64,000 nucleotides of DNA from positions 5,972,008 through 6,036,007 of the forward strand of contig NW_002060943.1 of the NCBI RefSeq assembly GCF_000150275.1, read 5' to 3'. The stretch is from Trichoplax adhaerens. Its lineage: Eukaryota; Animalia; Placozoa. The position numbers and the translations under genes were made by a program. Within the stretch, counting starts at the first letter, position 1. Every line of letters begins with the position of its first letter. This document shows positions 13,417 through 26,600 of the stretch, piece by piece. Under the pieces are notes generated by a model that was not told the origin of the DNA, ran no database searches, and saw only the letters and a program-made list of their open reading frames with translations.

Positions 13417-15506
13417 CTCTAATCCTATGTAAATATTTAGTTCAATATTAATAGATATCGTAATAACTATTATAATTACTATAGATTATACAATAGACAA
13501 AATTTCGTTCATTACGTCTTATATGGAGATATTATTATAGCAAGTATTGGAAGTATATTAATAACTTGCTATAGTAAAAATATATTCCGAAATAATATTC
13601 ACTAGTTATTATTCTCCTAATAGCTAATAACGAAAGAGGGCTTAAGATCACAAAAATTTTCAGATTATTTACAATATATGCGTTCGTTGAAGCTACTAAG
13701 TTTTAGCTTTTAAAATTAATGTAACAGGCCCTTATTAGTGTCTAAATTTACTGCAAAATACTTACGATACAAATGCAATATAAAAAATACTTTATTCGAT
13801 CAATATAATTTAATAGTTACGTTGATAGTTAGATGATATGCATAGCGATAATAACAATCCATAATCGAATTCTTTCAAAATTTTATCATTATAAATGAAT
13901 TGACTGCTTCTTATAACTGAAAATTAAATTTAAGAAATATTATATTGATTAACTATTGTAATTAACCATATTTTATTTGCTGTACATTACAAGCTTTATG
14001 ACATATACGAATTATAAATACATAGATATTTATTTATATATATTGATATAGAATTATCAACACATAAATCGAATATGTTGCGTAATATTTATGTAAAGTT
14101 TAAGACTGTAAAATTATCAAACAGCGACATTAGGAGCCTCTCATTCAGCTTACAAAAGCTATAATCTCAAAACTACAACACTTATAGGTAAACTATTAGA
14201 TTTTGTCCAATTGATTTGTATACATGAGCATGTATTCCATGAACTGTCAGCGAAGTTATTGTTATTATCAATCGATTAGTATATAATTTTAAGCTTGGAT
14301 TTTAACATTCTAATATTTGCATAGCTATTAATCGATTTATTATTGATAACTTTCCTAACTGTACGAAATACATTTAATCTACGAGTAAACATAATATTGC
14401 TACTACGAAGAGTAAGGTATTAAATATTCGTAAAAATATAGATATTAATTTATTTTCGTTTTTAAACGCCAATTATTATTTACTGTTGATGTATGTAATA
14501 AGATTATATCATAAAGAAGACAAAGTGAACGAAATGAAGCAAGATGGAGTTGCACATTATCATGATTCATAAGTTGCTTACTTATCGCATAGAAATATCA
14601 CTATCAATAACTTGAGCTGACCAGTGGAAGTGGAAACTAGACTAACTGCTCTTTATATTCAGAATGTGTTACTCAGACAGAAAAGTACGTGGTATGAGAT
14701 TATTTTGATAACATCTTGACATATAATCCTGTCACGAGGACGCAATGCTACTATATAGTGTAAAGGACATACTAATAACTCTAAAATGTAGAAATCGTTT
14801 TCAAGTACATCACACCTTGCTACAACAACTTTGCTTACGCCCACGAATTTTACCATTTAATAATGGCTTGTAAAACATCAATCGGCCATTCACATTGTGA
14901 TCACGAGAGAATAGGATAAGACGATGAATACAGTACTGAAAAAAAAGCGCTTCTATAGCGTATATAATTGTACCATTTTATCTCTGATCTCCCTATATTG
15001 AATATAGAATCTATAACGAGGCTTGGTCGCCCGCGTAGCAACTTATTGCATTGATTGTGAAAACAAGCCAGAAAGCGGCAGGTATCTATAAATGAGTCAC
15101 TATTCATCAAGCTATCGAGCTTGTAAAAGATTGCTCTTGATAGAGTATAAAATCATTGAGAAGACTGATAAGTAATTTTTAATTTCGGTATTCATTATTT
15201 GGAGCGGTATTTCTTTCTACCCCGTAGGTGATGAATTGACTATTTTATAAAAAATTTAATCTTTCAAAATTAACAAAGCTCTATCATTTCTACCCCTTTC
15301 TACGGTATAATAGAATACTATATATATATATATCATCGAAATGTTGTATCAATTAGAATAGATTTTGCGATTTTACACCTAAATAGAAATGTAATACGTG
15401 ATATGGAGCAATATATAGTATAAATAGAATAATAGGATGATAGTATGAAGTAAGGACACGGTAGTGTAAGCTATTGCTGTCTGCCAGGCAGGTGTACCTT
15501 TATCAT

Positions 15507-15679
15507 TTACGTCATCTCATTATAAACGGTAAATTATGTATCTGCAAAATGTATTGTCATTGCATCCTGTCCTATTGGAGGGCATGCGTTATCAATTTGT
15601 TGTTGGCCAATCTTGTTCAAGCTTATTATTTAGCAAACTACAATTGAACAATGATTTCATCATTGTTGCCCATAGCAAC
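15507..15679 (+). promoter_or_regulatory. Candidate Kv3 promoter module: CRE/ATF-like site, two CCAAT boxes, RFX X-box
   Basis: TTACGTCA at 15507-15514, ATTGG at 15574-15578, CCAAT at 15607-15611, and GTTGCCCATAGCAAC at 15665-15679 (fits RFX consensus GTNRCC-N0-3-RGYAAC). It lies upstream of a probable non-coding exon (donor near 16157, acceptor near 17345). Confidence 0.55.
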
Positions 15680-17598
15680 GGGAAAAAGAAATCTTAATCG
15701 ACGACTGAGACGATATTCAACAGCTAAATTTGTTTAAAGTTTTATTTAGTTGGGTTTGTTATGCTATAGTGTATTATTACCATCCATTTTCTCCATTTTT
15801 TTATTTCATCGTATCTTTTCAACACTTAACATAAGCCCTGATATAGCAAATTACCGCGTACATATCATTTGATCACAAGAAAAAGTTGGGAAAGAATAAG
15901 TCAACTGCCGCAAAAAATCGATACGCATAGTTAGCGAGAGGGAAAGAGAGCCTAGGTCTGTTTTCCTATCCATTTCATCAAAGTATTATTATTAATTTTC
16001 AACCAGTCATTCAATAAAAAAATAATCATCATTGGACCAGTATCAAGAAAAAATTAAATTTAAAAGAAGGCATCGAAGGAAAGAAAAATTACTTAGCAAT
16101 AAAATTTCTTAAACTATTCACTATTAATATCTTGGTAAAGCGTCAAAGAAAATCAGGTAGAAACTACTTTTTAAGATTGAAAATTAAACGTATAAAGTTA
16201 AAAATTTTTACGTTTAGTATTTCTTGCTTATTTTAACCAAATAAAAAAATCAATTTTTTAATCGATGTTAAATTATGAATGGAGTCTTTCATGATAGACT
16301 TCATATTTTGTTGATGATTAAATTATTTCCTTGTCTTGTTCTGTCATGGCGATTGGTTGCACTGAAAGTTTTTAGACGATAGTCTTTCAAGATTTTTGAA
16401 TTTTATATCGCAGACTACTAAATCATCTCCTTTTTTCCGTTCTTCTTATTAATATACCCTAGAGCTTAACAACTTCAGTTTCATTCTCTATAAACAAAAA
16501 AATATGTGAGATAGATATCGATATTTACCTTGACGATGGAAGACTTTTTGATGCTATAATAAATAGTGAGAAATAAAAAAAACCATGGCATTAATGTTAA
16601 AGACAAATAGCTGTTATGAAACGCGATATAGCAGTCAATAGCTAATGGATATTGAAAGCAGTAATTAATAATACAAAATTTTCTGTTGGCATTATTTTTG
16701 GTTATAGAAGCCAAGAAATAGTTGCTGCATCTCCATGCTTTTTCTTCAGCATTAGTATACACTCTGCTATTTATTGCCATTAAAATTTTTGACTTTTTCC
16801 TTTCTTTTTCTCCTTAAATAGTGTTCAGTGACTATCCTATGGATGTCGATCACAGAAAAAGAGAGTCATTCTAATTTCTAGAAAGGTATGAACAATTTAA
16901 CTTTTCTATTGATGAAGCATACGAAAAATTTGCCATCATATCTAGCAGACAAAATTAATTTTTTCGCTTCACTACCGCGATCAAGAGGCATAGTTTAGAA
17001 CAGCAAAATGAAATTATATCTTTCTCATCATCTATAATCATTGCAGCTTAATTTGATACACAGGTGTAGTTAGTGGCAAATTAACTGTACTTTAAAATAC
17101 GATAAAAGTAATCACGTAATATTATATTTGTAGGAGCGGCGTTTCAGAGCCTATTCATATATCGATAATATTCTCGGCAATTGAGCTAAATTAAAAGTAA
17201 AGTTTTAAAATTGAGGTTGAAAAAATAAAATCCTAAAGTCTGTGACGACTATAAGAAAAGTTATTAAAAAGTTTAGAAATAATTATGTTGAAAAAGAGAA
17301 AATTAATTTCTATTCCGATTTCTTTCTCATTGTCATCATTCTTAGACTGAAACGACACATTTCTCAGAAAATCAACTATCTTATATTATACTTGTTAACG
17401 AGGATAAGACGTGGAAAAAATCGAATAAAGTAGATCTAGAAGTGGTAGAAAGTTATCTACGGGGATGAAAAAAGAGTTCTCAGTAAGTTATACGTTATTA
17501 TTGTGGGATCTCCATTACTAAGGTTACTTTTATAACAATATTATTGATCGAAATCAAACAGCAAGCAATTGCAACATTACCGATAGAAGTTAGACACT

Positions 17599-20500
17599 AT
17601 GAAGCGCGGCTCGAAAGGCTTCTCGCATCGTGATAGTAAACTAACTTATCACGGCGATGAGGCCTCAACTTCTGTCAGAGAAGTTGATTCGGGTGATGAT
17701 GGTAGCATTGGAAGGCCATCATTTAAGGCGTCGGTATCGGCTTCGGCTAAAGAGCGCATTACTATCAATTGTGGCGGTACACGCCATGAAACTTATTGGG
17801 CAACATTAAAGAAATTGCCTGATACACGATTGTCTTGGCTATGTGATACTAATTCAAAGAATACTACAGATTATGATCCAGAGAAAAATGAATATTTTTT
17901 TGATCGTCATCCTCATGTATTTGCTGCAATTTTAAATTATTATCGTACTGGTAAATTACATAAACCGTCTAATGTATGCGGTCCGCTCTTTGAAGAAGAA
18001 TTAAATTATTGGGGTATCGACGAAAATCAAATTGAGGCATGTTGTTGGTTAAGTTATCGTGAGCATCGCGACGCTAAAGATACACTAAGAAATATTGAAT
18101 TTTACGAAACCGATGATTTGGAAGAAAGAGATGTTGAAGAAACCTTCTTTGATCGTATACAAAATAGACGTCAAACGCGATGGCAGAAATTAAAGCCTAA
18201 GTTATGGAAGCTCGTCGATGACCCATACTCATCACGGTCTGCTAAAGTAAGTTCGATCGATTACATTATCATAGTACTATATAAGGAAGATTTATTTCTT
18301 TGTCCCCCTTCTCCTTCCAAATTGACTAGACAACCGTACAATTAGCTTACAGTTTTAAATGCGATTAGATTGTATTAAAAGGGCAGATCTATTTCAAGGA
18401 TTGAAAATTTTAATTACAGTCACCATTTCTATGTATTTCAAATCGGGCTTATTTTAATGTTCAAATCTAGCGTTTCCAAAGCAAAGTCAATTATTTTCTT
18501 GTTATGGAATTCGAATCCAATCTTATTTAAGTAGATCTAGATTCTGCGGTATCATTTATCCGTAATAATAACTATAAAAAATACATTTTGAGAGAGACAA
18601 AGAGCAGATAGACCGGTCAAAATGGGCCTTGTAAGTGGTATTGATAGGATTTTTGAATTGGCAACTAAAATTCCTGCATGACAACATCATACACATAAAA
18701 CTAGCTAGTCTGCATTTATATGGTTGCAACTTTACCGACCCAAGCGGCTTAGCATAATTCGTGCAGGGCTATAACTAGTCTTACGCCTATATCGTCAGCA
18801 TTTCCCGTCTACCGCATCAACGTAAATTTCCCTTTTTCTTTAATTAAGATTTTTATAGCAATATTTTCGACAGCACCATGTATATTCTATCCTTTAATAA
18901 ACAGTCAAAAGTCCGCTGCAGTCTTTGGTATTCGGAATGGATATTTCATTTTGTTGGGTAGAAAGGAATTCCTCGCTATCTCTATAAAAGGGCTGTTGTT
19001 GCATAAAATAAAGAACTGTAAATTTCTGTATAGATTTATTCATTTTATACCCAAAGGCATTAATATCAAATTAAAAGTTTTATATTGTATACGGAATGAT
19101 TCATTGCAAAATTGTTGATTATTTTAGAATACAAGACAAAGCAGACGCCTTTAGCAAACAGAATCTGGTGCTGTAATAGTTCTCTGCTGTTCTTGCTGTA
19201 GGCATTTATTTATTTAGTTAGTGATGTTTTATGATATTCGTACAGCTTCAAGAGTAAGCAGGAGTACGAGTCGGTTTACATGGAGTGAAATGTTAGAGGT
19301 ACTTAAACTCATTACAAAGTACGGCATCAAAAAATATATATAAAAAGAAGTACATAGGCCACTGTAGAGAGTCAGTAAGAGTAAGGGAGATTTGCGTAGA
19401 GTAAAAATTTGAAGTAATTAAAACTTGCAACAAGTACCGCATCAAAGGATAAGAACGAAAATAATAACCCTACGCCGTACAGTACTCATCGCTAAACGTC
19501 GAAAGAAAGTGATTTCTTAAAAATTTCACCGTTGGAGACTAATCTCTTTATTTCCTTTACGATTCTATTCTATCGCTTAATGAATAATAATTTCAGGATA
19601 TTTTAAAGGAGTAAGCTAATGTATAGGTATATCTGAAGCAACATTCGCAAGACTGCAGTATGTTGCCACGTTACCGTAAGACAGCGTGTTATTCGATAAT
19701 TTAAAACATTCTGTACAAATAGTAAAACAAATACAATTAGCTATCGATATTTGTAAGAGGAAATAGTCTTGGATAATTTCACATGAGGGAATCCATATTT
19801 CGGCCAATTTCGTGATAGTTCCTGTCTCATTTTCGTTTATTTTACGCTAAATTTAAAATATGCTTTAATCCTTATTTATGTATTTTTTCTCGTTTTTAGA
19901 TTTTAGCCATCTTTTCACTGTTTTTAATTCTCGTTTCCATCCTCGTTTTCTGCTTGGAAACCATGCAACCGGATACAAATATTACATATGAGGAAAATAT
20001 TAGCATCCTTACTACAAATGCAAGTCGTATACAAAAGCAGCTATTCCCTTCATTATCAATACTGGTTGTGGATTATATTTGCAATGCATTTTTCACTCTC
20101 GAATTCATAGTACACTTTGCCGTTTGTCCAGATCCTAGATACTTTTTCAGGAGTTTTATGAACCTAATCGATTTGTTAGCATTGATCCCCTTCTATATCA
20201 ATTTAGCGCTATCTCGTGTCATCCAAGGTGCCATCATTCGTAATGCTACTGCTGCAGCCGCAACGGTATCACGCACATCGATAGAATCACTGGCTAGCAA
20301 TATTACTAATAATTCAACGTCTACCTCACCAGCGTATATTTCGATACCAGAATCAGTACTAACGTTTTCTGAAGTTATTCGCTTTTTCAGATTAGTACGT
20401 CTATTTAGAATAATTAAATTATCGAAGCATTTAACTGGATTAAAAATTCTGTATCATACTTTGCGCAGTAGTTGGAAAGAGTTACTCTTACTGGTTATAT

Positions 20501-21243
20501 TCGTGACTATTCAAGTTCTCTTCTTTTCTACAATAATCTATTACACCGAGAAAGGTTCATATCATAATAAATTCTATAGTATACCTGAAGGCTTCTGGTG
20601 GGCTATCGCTACAATGACTACAGTTGGCTATGGTGATATCGCACCTAAAACTACGATGGGTAAGATTGTTGGTTCAGTATGCGCCATCTTTGGAGTATTA
20701 ACCATTGCTCTGCCGGTACCTGTTATCGTTAATAATTTCTCGTTGTACTACAATCACGCTCAAGCACAAGCTAAATTGCCTAAAAAGATGAAAATTAAGG
20801 CAATCGATGCTACATTAGCTAATGAGTCCGAACGACCAGATTGGTCAAGTTCAGGATTCGATAGAATATCATCTACTGATTCAACGCTAAGTGCCACAAA
20901 TAAAACAACCACACATCCTAGAGCAGGTACGAAAAGAGTCAGTCCGGTGCATGGTCGAGAAAGAAGGAAAGATTCACGCGGCAACGGCAACAAAAAATTA
21001 AACCGAGATGGTGCTAATCGTGTGGTTCAACCACCGCCAACATTACAAGCTTACATTGATCGATTGAATGCTAGTCATGATTCAAGACGTGAATCATTAA
21101 CGACTATCACAACAGTGCGTAGTATTGTGGATGTGCCCGATGATGATATATATGAATCAGAAATTTTACCACCTATTCCCGAAAATACTACTGAAATTAA
21201 TGGTACATTACCGCTTCCATCAAGTGCTAGTATTGAAGCATGA
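17599..21243 (+). CDS. KCNC: Voltage-gated potassium channel, Shaw/Kv3 (KCNC) subfamily
   Basis: Two coding exons, 17599-18246 and 19900-21243 (phase 0). The T1 domain has Shaw/Kv3 signatures ([18 protein letters not shown]; YFFDRHP; [13 protein letters not shown]; CCW..Y..HRD). S4 is [17 protein letters not shown], the pore TMTTVGYGD and S6 [11 protein letters not shown]. Confidence 0.96.
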
Positions 21244-23069
21244 TAATAAATAATAATATTACCGTAATTATATTTCTACTCTAATGTTCTATTGCCAAAT
21301 ATACGTATGTTATTATTACATTGATCGCTAAATCATCGAGACGAAGGCACCATTTTAATTTTGATGTAAAAAAATAATTTAAATTAAATTATTACTTTAA
21401 TAGTAAATACCTAAGATTATTTGTATGTGGTTACATGTACACATAAGTGCAGCATATATACGTTTGTATGTGTACAGTAGATAATGTATTGATGAATCTT
21501 TGTTTTTGTTTTTTACTCTATACAACATCAATTTATATATAGATTAAATTAAAATATCTGTAAGAAAGATGTAGGATACAGAATTTTTACGCCACTACAG
21601 TGACTAAGTGTAAATGACTATTCAATTGTGCATCGTTCACCGCTTCGATGCGTTTTATCATTTTTGAAAGTATTAGTACTGTAGTTGATCAACAAATTCC
21701 TTGAAAGGTGGTAATCATCTTTACCTGCCTTTGTATACTTCAATCTCTTAGAATTTTATTTCTATTATAGGCTTCTAGCACTGTTTCATGTTATCTTTAT
21801 TGCTTGCATTAATATTCCCGTTCAGCCGCGGTCTTATATTTGTCTTTTTTTTTTTATGAAAAAAATTGAGTAAATGATCAAATCTTGTTACGATTGCTTA
21901 TTTGTGCCTAGTTTATTATATAGAATAAGTCAACTAGTTGCCAAATAGCGGCATTAAGCCATTTCACTTCTTGGTCAACATGCCAAATCGTACGATTAAA
22001 AAATAAATAATATGTGGGCTTTGACTCAAGTGTTTCATCGTTATTGTGATTATTATTATTGTTAAAAGGATTGTAATATTGTACCCAAGAGTAATGTACA
22101 GTACTAGTCTACTTTCTTGACTTTCAGTCGAGTTATCTAACAGATGTACGTGTATTGATGAAAATAATCAATTATTTATTAATTTCTTCATCATTGACAT
22201 TTATTGATATACGTATTCGTACAATATCTTTATTACCAAGATTGTTCAAGCAATAAAAATTGAATTATTCAAAGATTCTGAAACTAGATGTATGTTGCCT
22301 TTGCTCAATTTTATCTTTCTTACTGGCTCTGTTGGGTGTCTGTCCTTACAAGTTGAACTACTATGCCAATAAGGATGACCTTCCATGCCAAGATAAATCT
22401 TGAAGGAGTAGACGCTCAATTAATAGCAATAATATTTATCAATAACATTGACGGATTATAATATATGATTCGTGTCCAGGGCATGCACTAAACATTAACT
22501 GTAACATCTTGAATATAAACTACATCATTGAAAGATGGCCAATATAATGTCATCTTATTTGGCAGGTTATTCAAAGTTATTGGCATACTGCATCTCCGAT
22601 AAGTTCTTGTCATGACGAAAGGATTTCATTTTGGAATTTCTAGACTACTGGGTATCTGGGTATCGCATTCTCTCCAGTCCATTTCAAGTCTAGCGGTCAT
22701 GGACTACTAGAAAAAAAAGGATTGCCGTTTGCAGTAGTCCTTGCTTGGGACCCAGTAGACATGACAATGATAATACTGTACGCGTATAACATTGTTTTTT
22801 TCTTCTTTAGCAAGACTCAAAATAATCATGACTAATAAATTGATTTTAATGAGCCAATGTATTGATTGATGGATTGCATCGCTTGGCAATCTGCTTCATT
22901 AAGCCTGCTGGTCATCGATCGAGGCAGTATTGTACAGCTCCACTGCGCAAATTCAGTATGATTTCACTAAGCTGACCGACTCTCAGCGACATCGTTTAGA
23001 GGTGAGTGATGGTCGTATGAGAGTCACATGCTTTGTGATGGATGCGCTGTGACACTGCGCGGGCGCAAT

Positions 23070-23245
23070 GTTACAGTAAGTTCCTACAGTACTGTACTGT
23101 AAACTGCAAGGAAATCCCCACCGTCAGCAGTACTGTACAGTACTGTACACAAAGACACCGGTGTTCTACAGTACAGTACAGTACCGTACAGTGTAGACGG
23201 ACCAGTACTATACTACAGTACAGTATAGGGGGAATACAGTCAGTA
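23070..23245. repeat. CAGTA/TACTG microsatellite cluster upstream of PRAS40
   Basis: Dense cagtactgtac/tacagtacag units ~420-600 bp upstream of the ATG at 23663. Confidence 0.85.
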
Positions 23246-23662
23246 TAAAACCCCCCCCCCCAAATTTTTAAGACTTGTTCTTATATATGGGACTTAGCGG
23301 GCAGTCGACGACGTAACTGCAATTGAAAATTTTTTTTTTTCACTGCAAATTTCACTGAGATCATTTTGTCCATTGGTTGGCAAAGTTAGCCCCTCGAATA
23401 CCTTCAATTGCCTTCCAATCGCTAGCTGATAGTAGTTCAACGAGTTGATTACCCATTTCAGCAGTCTATTTTACCTTTATTGGTTGCTTTCAAAGTGCCC
23501 GTACTCTTGTTGGTACTACCCTTGACATTTCCGCCGCTGGGCTTAAGCAATTTTGCCATTGACGTCGTTGGACGTGAAGTGGGGGAAAGCGAGTTAATGA
23601 CCTCGTTGTAGACACGTATTTTGATTAATTCATTGTAGACGGTAGGAAAGTAGCAATTCAAG

Positions 23663-26600
23663 ATGGCCAAAAAGCTAACTTGTCAGTGTTTGAATATTAC
23701 TATCCATTGGCGAGAAAAGCAAGCTATTGATACAATGGAGAAGTTAAAGCATAAAGATAAGTTCTTCAATCAACCACTGGATCAAATAAAATTAAACTTG
23801 GGAGGTATCAATCAGGTATGCAAAAGTAAATGTACATTGCAGATGGATTTGCCGTTGGCTAGTCCAACTTTGCTTTGAAAATGTGTCATAGTGTCAGTCC
23901 AACATGTTACTGCAAATACTCTTGCATGGATATCAAGCTTAGACCAATTTCCATATTCCTACTTTCTCCTTTCGGATGACTATACTGTATGTCCGTACTG
24001 TGTACTTGCTTTTACTCAATACAGGTGATAAAAAGAGGTTCGTACTGCGATTGAGAAATGACGATTTAACACCTAGAACCCAAACTCGCATGAATTTTCT
24101 TCCGTCTGTTATCTTCTTTCCCAGAGGTGGAATCGACGTTGTATTAGCATTCAAAGCTGACAATGATTGTACTGTACAGTACTGCATTTGCTTTAATGTA
24201 AACCGGCAGACGTAGCGAATGATAAATAAATATTATGCTATGATAGATAACTTTTCATTGCTACGCTGTTGGACACTTGACCAAATAGATTGATATCCCA
24301 CGGATTTAAAGTACTGCCATTCACAGAATATTTTGGAAATTGTTGAAGTAAATGTATATAGGTCAATCGTAAGTCTTATCGTATGCGGGCCTTGAGTATT
24401 TCTTATACTGTATGCCCACTGATGCAAAGATTCTATTCTTGACTTCTCGTTCGATTGCACTTTTAAAAATGTACAACTTAGTACGTATTGTTTTAACGTT
24501 TCTATAATACATCGAGATTGGATCTTATCAGTCAGACATTATTATTGCTACAATTTCAATACAAGTTGTTGCATCCAGAATAAGCTGCATCGGGTAGAGG
24601 TAGCGGCATGCCAGCTAATAAACATCCTTCCTATGCGATCGTGAATGATGGATGCATTATTACGTATAAAAGAAGTACAGTACTGTACAATGTACATGGT
24701 CGTATGGCCAGAGACATTATGATTATCTGTGTAGTCTGTGCAGTGCAGTTATTCTATCACAGTATTTGAAGATTAAGATTTTACAAACTATAAAATCGCT
24801 ACTAGTAGACGACGACGTTGGTATTATTACTCCTGTTGCGATAAAGGTTATGCGTAGTTGTATCAGGACATTATAGTACATCAATTAGATAACCGAACTT
24901 CGAGCGTACAGTTCGATCAGAAGGCCTTAGAGCTAGACTCCGCAGAGGGGTTAAATTACGATATCTTATGAACTACGAGTACTATGTATACAGTACTCTT
25001 TCGTAAGTTTTCTGCCTTAATCGTTAGTTGTAGCAACATTTTGTATACTCTCGTCATTCATGCTGTATTCTTCGTGTACGGTAGATTTTGTAGCAGCGAA
25101 CTGTAAATGACTAGGTGTAACTGCGAACTGGTGATATAGAATGAGAGATTGTGTTTACTTAAATGTGCATCCGCAACTACTGCAAGAAAAATATTTTGTT
25201 GTGGACCACCTACGTAAAGTACAGTACGGCGGTGCATCTACGCTTACTCCCAATGTTTGCTTCCGTTGATCATTTTCTATGAACTTTACAGACGATACGT
25301 ATCAGATCTATATAGATATAACACTGAGTGCCTTACTGTACTGTACAGTAATATGGTTCGGAAATTGTCTTACATTGTCTTCTTAAAGGATAAAAGTACT
25401 GCAATAATGAGTTTACTTAATAATACGGAACTCCTAGATAAAAGATATTTTCAATCTTGATCACCGATGTTATTTTCAAATGGCTTTACAGGAACATAAA
25501 TTTCTAGTTCGGCAAAGAGCCGTTAAGGAATGGATCATATGTAGTTGCGTCAATTGCAATACAGATACACATGCAATTCACTCTCGCATTGGCTTAGATA
25601 TGGTACTTGCCACTCGAGAATTACAGGTATGATATTATTTGATGATAATTTGTAGCTAATAGAATAGGTAAAATGTAAACCTCTATCAACTACGAGATTG
25701 TTTAGCGCAACCAATATAGTACAAGACTGTGTTGATCTCTGCGGCGAATTGTGAGCTTTTTTATTCAATTGAAAAGTAATGCTATCTGGTTGAAGTGTAA
25801 ATGTATATTAAATGTTTGGAATTACCTAAATTAAAGTACACTGCTATCTCTCAAATTAAAAGTTGGGTCACTTTTACTAGATAAATAAAGTGAATACTTC
25901 TTTGGGTGTTGTACAAATTAAAAATTAACACGAAACGAGTAATACTGCACTATTATGTTTAGGATTGTACCCGTACGAAACTTTTTCCTCATTTGCACTT
26001 TTTCATTTGCCTTTACTCTACTTATGATCCGAAATATTGTTTTTTATTTATACTAGCCTTTCGATGAGGTCGCTGCCACAAAGTCGGATAAGATGAGATT
26101 TTGTCCGGCGTTTCGTATTAAAATTGGCCTTAGAAACGGAACAGAACCAAACGGTAAGTTTGGAGTATATAGATTTAACGATTCTATGTGAAATTATTAT
26201 TTTTCTTGTAATAAATCTCTCGTATACCCGTAAGTCCTTTCCCAGTCGTATAACACATGGTCTTTAAACTAACTAAAATGTTACGATAGGATTACATTTA
26301 TCTTATAACTTATACCGCTATACATATAGCTCGCTAACTATCTGCATCATACATTACAGTTGTCATTTACTATATTAATACCTGAAATAGTTAAACTTTT
26401 TACCAGTACGTTGTATTCGTATTTTGTGTACGGTCTACAGTAGAAATAGGTATTGAGCACCTACTTAAAATAAAATATATTTGCACATGACCCAGAAACT
26501 ATTAAAATAGGATTCAGTGGGTAGAGTTCTGCAAATTCTCGATTAATGATGTAAAGATTAAATTTATAATTCTATTATTTACTGGATACGCATTAAATCG

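Noticed and set aside
20760-20993. Antisense ORFs overlapping Kv3, Twinkle and RPL27A exons
   Set aside because: Shadow frames of real coding exons with no independent evidence.
23475-23559. Minus-strand ATG-to-donor segment (MAKLLKPSGGNVKGSTNKSTGTLKATNK) head-to-head with PRAS40
   Set aside because: I could not link it to a coherent downstream exon chain in 22.2-23.0 kb; it may just be PRAS40 promoter or 5' UTR.
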